Shown here: positions 48,543 through 56,810 of the stretch, one piece after another
Numbering within the stretch: the first letter of the stretch is position 1
Layout of the letters: each line of letters begins with the position of its first letter
Virus record (IMG/VR): IMGVR_UViG_3300025390_000003
Span: 1-64,000 of that record
Direction: 5' to 3' (one strand)
Origin: a virus
Taxonomy: Duplodnaviria > Caudoviricetes
Length of the DNA: 64,000 nt
Notes under the pieces: model-generated
What the model saw: the letters and a program-made list of their open reading frames with translations, nothing else
What the model was told of the DNA's origin: nothing
The model's database searches: none
Program-made: the position numbers and the translations under genes

Positions 48543-51125
48543 ATGTCAACAAAATCAACAACAGATGTGTTCACGAATGATTTTTCTCGTGAAATATGGG
48601 CAGATACGTATAAAGCAAATAAAGATAATACAATTTATGATTCATTCCGAAGAGTTGCAAATGCAATAGCTTCTGTAGAAGATGTAGAAAAACAAAAATA
48701 TTGGGAAGATAAATTTTATGATTTGTTGCTAGATTTTAAATTTGTTCCTGGAGGAAGGATATTAGCAAATGCAGGAACCGAATTCAAAGGAACGTCACTT
48801 ATTAATTGTTTTACTGGTGGTCATGCTACTTACGATTGCGATTCTATAGACGGTATTATGGAAGCACTTCGGTATCAAGTAAAAACATTAAAAAGCGAAG
48901 GGGGATATGGCGACAATTATTCTTTTATTAGACCAAGAGGAGCATTCATAAAAGGAATTGGAGTTGAATCTCCTGGCCCAATAAAATTCATGGAAATGTT
49001 CGATAAAAGTTCTGAAATTATTACTGCGGGGTCTGGTGAAGAAGCGAATAACAAAAACGCTAAGAAAAAAATAAGAAAAGGCGCACAAATGGGTATAATG
49101 GATTGTGTTCATCCATCTATTGAAGAATTTATTACAGCAAAACAAACTGAAGGAAGATTAACAAAATTTAACCTATCCGTAAATTTTAGCGATGAATATA
49201 TGGACAGGATCATTGAGATTAATAGGCTCGAAGAACTTGAACAAACAGAGGATATAAAGAACCAAATCACCAAAATGGACAAATGGGACTTGTGGTTCCC
49301 CGACACCACATTTGAAAAATATAAAGAAGAATGGGATGGGAATTTCAAATTATGGAAAGAAAAGCAATATCCATATAATGTGTATAAAACAATCTCTGTT
49401 AAAGGATTATGGGATTTAGTGATGAATTCTACATATAAAAGGGCAGAACCTGGAGTATTATTTCTTGATGTTGCAAACAAAACACATTGCTGGAATTATG
49501 CAGGAACAAGATCATGGATTTCTAGCACTAATGCATGCTCTGAACAAACGATGCCACAATTTTCAAGTTGTGATTTAGGAACCATAAATTTAACACAATT
49601 TATAAACAAAACCAAAACAGGGTTTGATATAGAAAAAATTAAAAAATCTGTAAAAATCGCCGTTCGGTTTTTAGATAATGTAAATTCATATACTACAGCA
49701 CCACTACCACAATATATGGATTCTATAACAAATCGTCGTAGAATAGGATTGGGAGTTATGGGTTGGGGGTCTTCTTTATATATACTCAAAACAAAATTTG
49801 CATCAGGAAAGGCGGAAAAAATAAAAGAAGAATTGATGCATGCCTTTACTGAAGCGGGTATTGAAGAATCTATTAATCTAGCAGAAGAAAAGGGTATGTT
49901 TAAAGATTGCGAACCTGAAAAACATGCGAAAGCATATTTTTGGGATCAGATTAACTTAAACCAAGAGTTAAGAAACAAAATGAAAAAATACGGAATTAGA
50001 AATTCTGCACTATTTTCCTGCCAACCTAATGGGAACACTTCGATATTAGCAAATATTATAACTGGTGGAATCGAGCCATTATTCTTACACTCATATATTA
50101 GAACATCTATCGTTAACGTATTACCAGAACATATACGAGAAGTATGCCCGAAATATTGGACGGGTGAATTTATCGAAACCGAATTGTTCAAATTTGTAAA
50201 AGAAGGATCGGATACTATTCTTAGGGGAGTAGATTCTGATGGAACTGTGTATAAAATCGATAAAAATAGAGGGCTTACCAAGGAAACTTTATGTGAAGAT
50301 TATGGGGTTAGTATACTCAAAAACGCCGGAGAATGGAACGAAAATGCTGACTATGCGGTTACAACATCAAATTTAACAGTAGAAGAACATTTAATAGATT
50401 TACGTGGTTGGGGGAAATGGTTAGATGCGAGTTGTAGCAAAACTGTAAATATACCAAAAGATTATAAATTTGAAGATTTTAAAAATGTATATTTAGATGC
50501 GTATAAATCAAAAGTATTAAAGGGTATCACAACATATCGAGCAGGTATCATGACGAATGTATTGGCTGCTACTACTAACGGAGAAGACACCACAAATTCA
50601 ATACCAAAACCAACCGCACCAAAAAGAGGAAAAAGACTTAATGCGGATATGCACCACATAACCATTAAGGGGAATAGATATTATGTTGCTGTTGGATTGA
50701 TGGACGGAATGTTATATGAAGTTTTCACTGGTAGTAATCATAATCACGAAGGGGATATAATCATCCCCAAAACCGTTAAATCAGGAATAGTGGTAAAACA
50801 CGGAACAGGAAAATATGTGTTCATCAGTGAAGATAAGGAATATTCATTAACGAATGGGCATAATGACCCCACTGCGGATGCCCTTACCCGAATGATTTCC
50901 ATAGGACTTCGGCATGGAGTTGAAATTAGTAATATAGTAAAACAATTAGAAAATACTACAGGGGATATGTTCACATTCTCTAAAGTATTATCAAGAACGT
51001 TAAAGAAATATATTAAAGATGGAACAGTTGTAGATGGAGAAAAATGTCCAACATGCGGAGGTAATATAATCAGAATGTCGGGTTGCTATACTTGCATGGA
51101 TTGTGGATATAGTAAATGTCAATAA
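48543..51125 (+). CDS. nrdJ: Class II (adenosylcobalamin-dependent) ribonucleotide reductase
   Basis: 'FVPGGRILANAG', 'LINCF', 'RKGAQMG', 'EPGVLF', 'TNACSEQ', 'CDLGTINL', 'RRIGLGVMG', 'SKTVN', 'KGITTYR'; C-terminal TSCPD-like domain and zinc ribbon; no beta-subunit gene adjacent. Confidence 0.9.
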   Translation: MSTKSTTDVFTNDFSREIWADTYKANKDNTIYDSFRRVANAIASVEDVEKQKYWEDKFYDLLLDFKFVPGGRILANAGTEFKGTSLINCFTGGHATYDCDSIDGIMEALRYQVKTLKSEGGYGDNYSFIRPRGAFIKGIGVESPGPIKFMEMFDKSSEIITAGSGEEANNKNAKKKIRKGAQMGIMDCVHPSIEEFITAKQTEGRLTKFNLSVNFSDEYMDRIIEINRLEELEQTEDIKNQITKMDKWDLWFPDTTFEKYKEEWDGNFKLWKEKQYPYNVYKTISVKGLWDLVMNSTYKRAEPGVLFLDVANKTHCWNYAGTRSWISSTNACSEQTMPQFSSCDLGTINLTQFINKTKTGFDIEKIKKSVKIAVRFLDNVNSYTTAPLPQYMDSITNRRRIGLGVMGWGSSLYILKTKFASGKAEKIKEELMHAFTEAGIEESINLAEEKGMFKDCEPEKHAKAYFWDQINLNQELRNKMKKYGIRNSALFSCQPNGNTSILANIITGGIEPLFLHSYIRTSIVNVLPEHIREVCPKYWTGEFIETELFKFVKEGSDTILRGVDSDGTVYKIDKNRGLTKETLCEDYGVSILKNAGEWNENADYAVTTSNLTVEEHLIDLRGWGKWLDASCSKTVNIPKDYKFEDFKNVYLDAYKSKVLKGITTYRAGIMTNVLAATTNGEDTTNSIPKPTAPKRGKRLNADMHHITIKGNRYYVAVGLMDGMLYEVFTGSNHNHEGDIIIPKTVKSGIVVKHGTGKYVFISEDKEYSLTNGHNDPTADALTRMISIGLRHGVEISNIVKQLENTTGDMFTFSKVLSRTLKKYIKDGTVVDGEKCPTCGGNIIRMSGCYTCMDCGYSKCQ

Positions 51126-51132
51126 CTGAAAA

Positions 51133-51168
51133 TGCGCACCCAATGAATCTATATTGATTGGGTGCGCA
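51133..51168. terminator. Hairpin between convergent genes
   Basis: tgcgcacccaat / attgggtgcgca 12-bp inverted repeat. Confidence 0.7.
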
Positions 51169-51198
51169 AAGCGGTTCTGGTGGAAAATGTGAGCTTGT

Positions 51199-51633
51199 TT
51201 AATAACCTAAAACAAACCAACTTATACCACCCGCAGAAAATGGGTCTACATTAGCATTCTGTATTTGTATCGACAGATTTGTTTGTGTGGCATTAGTAAT
51301 TATTTGAACCCAAGTATCATCAGCATTACCAACATTACCAACACCAGGAGAACTCTTTATCCACGTTGCTTGTTGATGAATACAAGCATTAGGAAAAACA
51401 ACGGGAAACGAAACTGTTACAACATTTTGACTATTATATATTAATGGTGTTTCACCCCACTGCATTATCAATCCACTACCAAATGTTTGATACCCAACAG
51501 AAGAAAGTGACGCACTACCACTCAATTGATGTATGAGATTGTCGAAATTGTTAGCATTAAAATTTATAGAAGACAACGAAGTTCCTATGCATTCCGTTGG
51601 CTGAATTGTAACTGTTCCGTAATAATTGCTCAT
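51199..51633 (-). CDS. Short fibre with tail-fibre C-terminal tip domain and shared anchor motif
   Basis: 'GYQTFGSGLIMQWG...VSFPVVFPNAC...WFVLGY'; N-terminus 'IQPTECIGTSLSSINFN'. Confidence 0.75.
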   Translation of the reverse strand: MSNYYGTVTIQPTECIGTSLSSINFNANNFDNLIHQLSGSASLSSVGYQTFGSGLIMQWGETPLIYNSQNVVTVSFPVVFPNACIHQQATWIKSSPGVGNVGNADDTWVQIITNATQTNLSIQIQNANVDPFSAGGISWFVLGY

Positions 51634-51639
51634 TTGTTA

Positions 51640-52164
51640 TTATTTATCCATTATTTCAACTTCAGTGGGTATAAATTCTCTACCTCTAATTATTTTTTCC
51701 TCTGGTTCTTCTAATCCTAACATTTGTTTAATTATTTCTTCTCTGGATGCTACTATAACTTGTGTGTTATTAGTAATAGTATTTGTTGGTGATGAGGCGG
51801 GTAATGCTTTCACCATTTCTTTTTTATTAGAAAAATCCAAAGCTTTTATTTCCTTTGTCATTTCATGTTTTTTACGGAGGATGTTTAATTTATTCAGTGA
51901 TTCGAGTGCTCCTGTAGTTGAAGTTATTAATGCTGCAAGTGCTGCGATTTCATCAGGGTTTTGGCCTTGTGTTATATAATCCTTTAATTCCTTTACTGAA
52001 TCCAAACTTAAATCTATCAATGCACTAGATTTCTTTAATATAAAATTCGACAATTCATCTTCCGTTGGTGCTGCTGCCTCTGGTGTAATATTTGGAATTT
52101 TTGGTGGATATCCAGCAGAAAGTTGATTTAGTAAAGTATCAATATTGTCAATTTCGTCATTCAT
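51640..52164 (-). CDS. Probable terminase small subunit (gp16-like)
   Basis: Helical hairpin followed by 'TNNTQVIVASREEIIKQM', which resembles the T4-like gp16 C-terminal pattern. Confidence 0.6.
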   Translation of the reverse strand: MNDEIDNIDTLLNQLSAGYPPKIPNITPEAAAPTEDELSNFILKKSSALIDLSLDSVKELKDYITQGQNPDEIAALAALITSTTGALESLNKLNILRKKHEMTKEIKALDFSNKKEMVKALPASSPTNTITNNTQVIVASREEIIKQMLGLEEPEEKIIRGREFIPTEVEIMDK

Positions 52165-52223
52165 GTAAAAATACTTAATTAAATAACTTGCAAAATCAAA
52201 CTATATATAATAATTATAATCAT

Positions 52224-52382
52224 ATGGAAACTATTATTAATACAATTCAAGGAACCTTCATCGTCCCAAAAGAAAAAGAATCAGCACTTATAAACTGGCT
52301 ACAAGCTAATGCGATTCGTCAAGGTTCTCAAAGAGTAGAAGAAGGTAATAATTATAACGGAACGCAATTAATTCACGATTAA
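52224..52382 (+). CDS. Small hypothetical protein (start probably 52224)
   Basis: METIINTIQGTFIVP..., directly upstream of the clamp loader gene. Confidence 0.55.
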   Translation: METIINTIQGTFIVPKEKESALINWLQANAIRQGSQRVEEGNNYNGTQLIHD

Positions 52383-52383
52383 T

Positions 52384-52411
52384 TTGATTTTTGGTAATTT
52401 TGATATATAAT
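52384..52411 (+). promoter_or_regulatory. Sigma70-type promoter TTGATT-16-TATAAT
   Basis: The -10 box ends 8 nt upstream of the clamp loader ATG. Confidence 0.6.
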
Positions 52412-52419
52412 TTCTTTAT

Positions 52420-53349
52420 ATGTTGAAATCTGATGAATTTAAAAATCTGTGGTGTGAAAAATATCGACCAAAACAATTTAGTGATTTAATTCTAAGTCCT
52501 GAAGATAAGGAATATTTTCAATCTCTAAAAGACAAACAAGAAATACCGCATTTATTGTTTGTTGGTCCTGCGGGTGTTGGTAAAACTGCATCTAGCAAAA
52601 TTATCGTCACTGATATTTTAGATTGTCAATATCTTTATATCAATGCTTCTGATGAAAACGGTATTGATACTATCCGTAATAAAGTCAATGGATTTGCACA
52701 AACGAAATCTATGGATGGTAAAATGAAAGTTGTATTGTTAGATGAGGCCGATGCTCTTTCAAATTCTGCTATGGACGCTTTAAGAAACGTTATTGAAGAG
52801 TTTGCTAAGAATTGTAGGTTTATTTTCACTGGAAACTACTTACATAAAATCAGCGCACCTATCAAATCGCGTTGCACACCAATAAATCTACTTCCTCCTA
52901 TTAAAGAAATTGGCGAGCGGGTATTTCACATTTTAACAGAAGAAAAAATCAAAGTTCCAGAAGAAGAACGCCATAAATTAATCAAACTGATCAAAGATAA
53001 TTACCCTGACATAAGAAGTATTATTGGAAGACTCCAACAATATTCACATACTGGTATCTTGTGTATTAAAGATATTTCATCTAAAACTATTGCAAAGATA
53101 ATATGCGATAAAATAGTAAAGAAAGAAGACATGTTTAAAATTAGAGAATATGTTATCGAACGAGAAGCAGAATTTTCTACTAACTATTTAAATTTACTAA
53201 AAGAAATGTTTGAAGTTTGGTATAAAGACTCTACATTAAACACTGATGATAAAACAAATAAGTTATTACAATTATCGGAAGGTATGTATAGAGATGCAAT
53301 TGTGATAGACAAAGAAATTAATTGGTTCTCTACTTGTTTGAAGCTATAA
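52420..53349 (+). CDS. gp44: Sliding clamp loader AAA+ subunit (gp44 / RFC-like)
   Basis: 'LWCEKYRP', 'GPAGVGKT', 'INASDENGIDTIR', 'LLDEAD', 'SRC'. Confidence 0.95.
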   Translation: MLKSDEFKNLWCEKYRPKQFSDLILSPEDKEYFQSLKDKQEIPHLLFVGPAGVGKTASSKIIVTDILDCQYLYINASDENGIDTIRNKVNGFAQTKSMDGKMKVVLLDEADALSNSAMDALRNVIEEFAKNCRFIFTGNYLHKISAPIKSRCTPINLLPPIKEIGERVFHILTEEKIKVPEEERHKLIKLIKDNYPDIRSIIGRLQQYSHTGILCIKDISSKTIAKIICDKIVKKEDMFKIREYVIEREAEFSTNYLNLLKEMFEVWYKDSTLNTDDKTNKLLQLSEGMYRDAIVIDKEINWFSTCLKL

Positions 53350-53357
53350 TTATTAAT

Positions 53358-53597
53358 ATGGCGAATTATTTTACAAATATTATTAATGAAGATGGATTAT
53401 TTGTTGGTATAATTTATGATGCAGCAACAACACAGGAAGTAAAAAGAACGGAAAAACTCACTAATAAGAATGATGTTGTGTTGTTGGTGCATGAATATCT
53501 AGCATCACTTTCTAAAGCTAAAAATAATATTAAATCTAGTTCATTGCGTTTTAATAATCCAACAACACCACAGCCTAATAAATGTAAGGTTTGTTAA
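53358..53597 (+). CDS. Hypothetical protein (start probably 53358)
   Basis: MANYFTNIINE..., ending in CKVC. Confidence 0.5.
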   Translation: MANYFTNIINEDGLFVGIIYDAATTQEVKRTEKLTNKNDVVLLVHEYLASLSKAKNNIKSSSLRFNNPTTPQPNKCKVC

Positions 53598-55345
53598 ATG
53601 TCTCCTTCGTCTTTTGGTATTGCAGTAAAGTTATGAATTTTAACAGCAGTGATATCGTTGTAATATGATGTTCCCTCGAAGATATGTTTAACATCAATAA
53701 CAAAATATTGACCTAATAGTTTATCATCAAAAGTAGAATCAGGATCAGCACCATTTAGTTTATCAATACCGATAAAAACTCCTGTATTTCTTAATGTTAA
53801 TCCTGTAACTCTAAAATTGATACCAGTATTTAAAAATATACCAAGTTTTAATAGATTTTGTATACCATAAGATTGCCTAATTCCATCTTCATCAATACCT
53901 CCATATAAACAAGAAGTTGGATTCATATTAGATAATCCCTTTGTTCTATTAAGATTTATCAAAAAATAATCTTCTTCACTTCCCGTTCCGTTATAAGATG
54001 CTTTATATAAATTCTTGATATATTTTTGTGCAATAAATCTTCTTGATGTTTCTACTCTATTCTCTAACAAATCCAATTTAAACATTCCTGTTTTCACGTC
54101 TGTACTATGAACAGGAGTAGTTTTAAATAATCGAGAATTTACATCACCCGACATATCCAATATGGTATATTTCAATATTTCGCTATATCCTTTTAGTTTA
54201 AAGTCTTTTTTTGCATTATTTGCTTTATTGACTGGAGCACGAACTGGATATACTTTCGCAGAATTTTTAGGATTTGTGCTATTTGTTAATGTATCAGAAA
54301 CAAAAAAATGTTCTCGTTGAAAATCCCCAGGAGTATCACCAGTATTTCCCGCTTTCTCAAAATATTTACTCATAGGTATTAAAGATACCTTACCTAGATA
54401 CATAGGTTGAGACTCCGAAGTTATGTTCATACCTCCAGTATTTCTATCTCTTCCATTGGATAATATACAAAAATCATGAATGTTTGCGCTTCCAGATTTA
54501 GGTTTACCAGATACTGATCCTATTTCTCCTTCGGTAAAAGCTACAGTGTCTGTTATTACACTAGTATGGTGAGATAGTGCATATTCTAAATCATCGGATG
54601 CCATAGAATCCGCAGTTGATGTATAAAATAATTTATCTGATCCATCATCCCACATATCACGTTCTTCGATTTTTGGCAATGCCTCTTGTAGTCCTGATAA
54701 TCTAAACAAATCACGAATTATCCATCCAGTAGCCTTTTTTCCATCCGGTCTACTATTTGGTGCTTCATTTTCTGACGCCATATAACTAGAGTATAATAAA
54801 TTTGTAGTTTTTAACTTTTGATATTTATAATCAACTAAATATAATTTTTTACATTTATTGGTTTGTGATGTTGGCATACCTTCCATACCTACTGGACTAT
54901 CTATATCTTCAATTTTCGTAATCGCAAAGGTATATTCCAATTTCCAATCTGTTATATCTAATCCTTGTGACACTAATGGAGCAAATGATTTTTCATTGGG
55001 TACAATTCTAACATATAAAATATCGTTACCATCATTTTTCAAAACTTTTAGTTTGGTTTTTTGTGCTTTGTTTGTGTTTAATAAATCTATAGTATCTTCC
55101 AACGCAGAACGAAAAACCAATTCTGCATTAGTCCACCATTTCGATAAACTGTCAGCTATAGTAAAACTAATAATACTTTGTGGGCTTAATCCTACTTTAT
55201 ATCTTACTTTTGGAGCATCCGAAGAATTAGGATCAAAAGACCCAAGATCAACATCCATCAAATAAAATTGTATATCATATATGTTATTAGCATAATCATG
55301 AGATATTATTTTATCAAAAATTGAAGTTTGATTATTTGTTGGCAT
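53594..55345 (-). CDS. Baseplate hub protein (gp27/GPD-like)
   Basis: C-terminal 'INFRVTGLTLR..G...LLGQYFVIDVKHIF....YYNDITAVK'; downstream of gp53. Confidence 0.65.
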   Translation of the reverse strand: MPTNNQTSIFDKIISHDYANNIYDIQFYLMDVDLGSFDPNSSDAPKVRYKVGLSPQSIISFTIADSLSKWWTNAELVFRSALEDTIDLLNTNKAQKTKLKVLKNDGNDILYVRIVPNEKSFAPLVSQGLDITDWKLEYTFAITKIEDIDSPVGMEGMPTSQTNKCKKLYLVDYKYQKLKTTNLLYSSYMASENEAPNSRPDGKKATGWIIRDLFRLSGLQEALPKIEERDMWDDGSDKLFYTSTADSMASDDLEYALSHHTSVITDTVAFTEGEIGSVSGKPKSGSANIHDFCILSNGRDRNTGGMNITSESQPMYLGKVSLIPMSKYFEKAGNTGDTPGDFQREHFFVSDTLTNSTNPKNSAKVYPVRAPVNKANNAKKDFKLKGYSEILKYTILDMSGDVNSRLFKTTPVHSTDVKTGMFKLDLLENRVETSRRFIAQKYIKNLYKASYNGTGSEEDYFLINLNRTKGLSNMNPTSCLYGGIDEDGIRQSYGIQNLLKLGIFLNTGINFRVTGLTLRNTGVFIGIDKLNGADPDSTFDDKLLGQYFVIDVKHIFEGTSYYNDITAVKIHNFTAIPKDEGDI

Positions 55346-55346
55346 T

Positions 55347-55691
55347 TTATTGTATAAGTTGTGTTAAAATTTCTTGCACTACTTGCGTTGTTGGTATTTT
55401 AAGAACTGTTCCTGGTATCAATGGAGCAAGAGGATTATCAATTTTATTCGCAAGTAAAATAATCCACCATAAATCTATAGTATCATAATTGCGATATGAA
55501 ACCAAAGGCCACGCATCTTGAGGAGTTATAACATATTGAGTAAAAAACGAATCTGGTAAATTATCAGGAAATATTATAGATTGTAATAAATTATAAAAAT
55601 AATATCCACTATCATCTTGATAAACATTAAAAACATTTTCAAAACGTGTAGCTTTTATATTAGGTAACTCGTATATTAAATTTTGGTTCAT
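55347..55691 (-). CDS. gp53: Baseplate wedge gp53 (LysM-like)
   Basis: 'Y.ITPQD.W..VSY..Y.T.DLWWIILLANKI.NP....PG..LKIP'. Confidence 0.85.
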   Translation of the reverse strand: MNQNLIYELPNIKATRFENVFNVYQDDSGYYFYNLLQSIIFPDNLPDSFFTQYVITPQDAWPLVSYRNYDTIDLWWIILLANKIDNPLAPLIPGTVLKIPTTQVVQEILTQLIQ

Positions 55692-55693
55692 AA

Positions 55694-56806
55694 TTATCGT
55701 CCTCCAATATATGGATTAGTTATAGAATCGCTGATAGATGGTTGAGAAAACGATTTTGCAATTCCTACTGGTGCTTGTGGTTGTCTTAATGGAGATGATG
55801 GAAGTTGTGTTGATTGGGTTTGTGTTGTTATTTTATTATTTTCTTTAAAAACTCTATTCAATAAATTCCTACTAGGCATAACCATATCAGTTAATGTAAT
55901 AGAAATCTCATATGCATCAGGAATATTAGCCTCCATGCCATTATCCAATATCATCCTTCTTATATTTCCCCTATTTTGAATTTTTAAATCTGAAATATAT
56001 GAACCGATTGAAGAATACTGACCAGGAATATTAACCATATAAAATACTGGAGGATACGCGGAAATGAATGTTATTTTTGCGTATAAATTTTGATATACAA
56101 TTTGATTACAAAATTCCCAATTCCTAAGAATATCACTAGATTTTATAGTATTAAACAGATAAAAATTTATAGTAAAAGTTTTATTTCCTGTGTTCTGCCA
56201 AATCATAGGTTTATCTAAAAATCCGGTTTTTGGATATTTGATACCTTCCGCGAATATTGCTGCTCCTGCAACCATATCAACACCATCACCAAGAATTTTT
56301 ACCCCTTCTCCAAATTTTCCTGATTGTGCTGCACTTTTTACCTTTTCTATCGCATCAGAAGCTGCCCATGTATTATTAACGCTAAAATTATCTTCAGTAT
56401 AATATGGAAACCAATAATTATAGTTAGTTGGTGCGCTATAATCAAACATACCTTCATATGCAACGTCTTTATTACTATGTTTTGAAAAATGTGATGTTAC
56501 ATCCACACTATTCAACAATCCGCCACCAACAGCCTTTACATTACTAGAATAATAACTAAAAGCATTTGTCAACATACTTTTTGTCATTTGATACTCTTGT
56601 AGATAAATTACTGGAGTTTTATTTTTCAATGCTTCTGTCATTGGTGATAATGTCCACGTATAATCATTAACGATATCCACATTTGTTAATGATTTTGCTC
56701 TTAACACCATCGATTCTAATACGTTACTTTCTACATTAGCATTAAATATGTCTATTTGTTTTTGATACCACGCAAGGTCTTGTGTTGTATTATTAGGTTC
56801 ACTCAT
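55694..56806 (-). CDS. Baseplate tail-tube cap / initiator (gp48-like)
   Basis: 'FTINFYLFNT...PP.FY.V.IPG...YISDLKI...IP..YEISITLTD'; lies between the tape measure and gp53. Confidence 0.6.
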   Translation of the reverse strand: MSEPNNTTQDLAWYQKQIDIFNANVESNVLESMVLRAKSLTNVDIVNDYTWTLSPMTEALKNKTPVIYLQEYQMTKSMLTNAFSYYSSNVKAVGGGLLNSVDVTSHFSKHSNKDVAYEGMFDYSAPTNYNYWFPYYTEDNFSVNNTWAASDAIEKVKSAAQSGKFGEGVKILGDGVDMVAGAAIFAEGIKYPKTGFLDKPMIWQNTGNKTFTINFYLFNTIKSSDILRNWEFCNQIVYQNLYAKITFISAYPPVFYMVNIPGQYSSIGSYISDLKIQNRGNIRRMILDNGMEANIPDAYEISITLTDMVMPSRNLLNRVFKENNKITTQTQSTQLPSSPLRQPQAPVGIAKSFSQPSISDSITNPYIGGR

Positions 56807-56810
56807 AATA

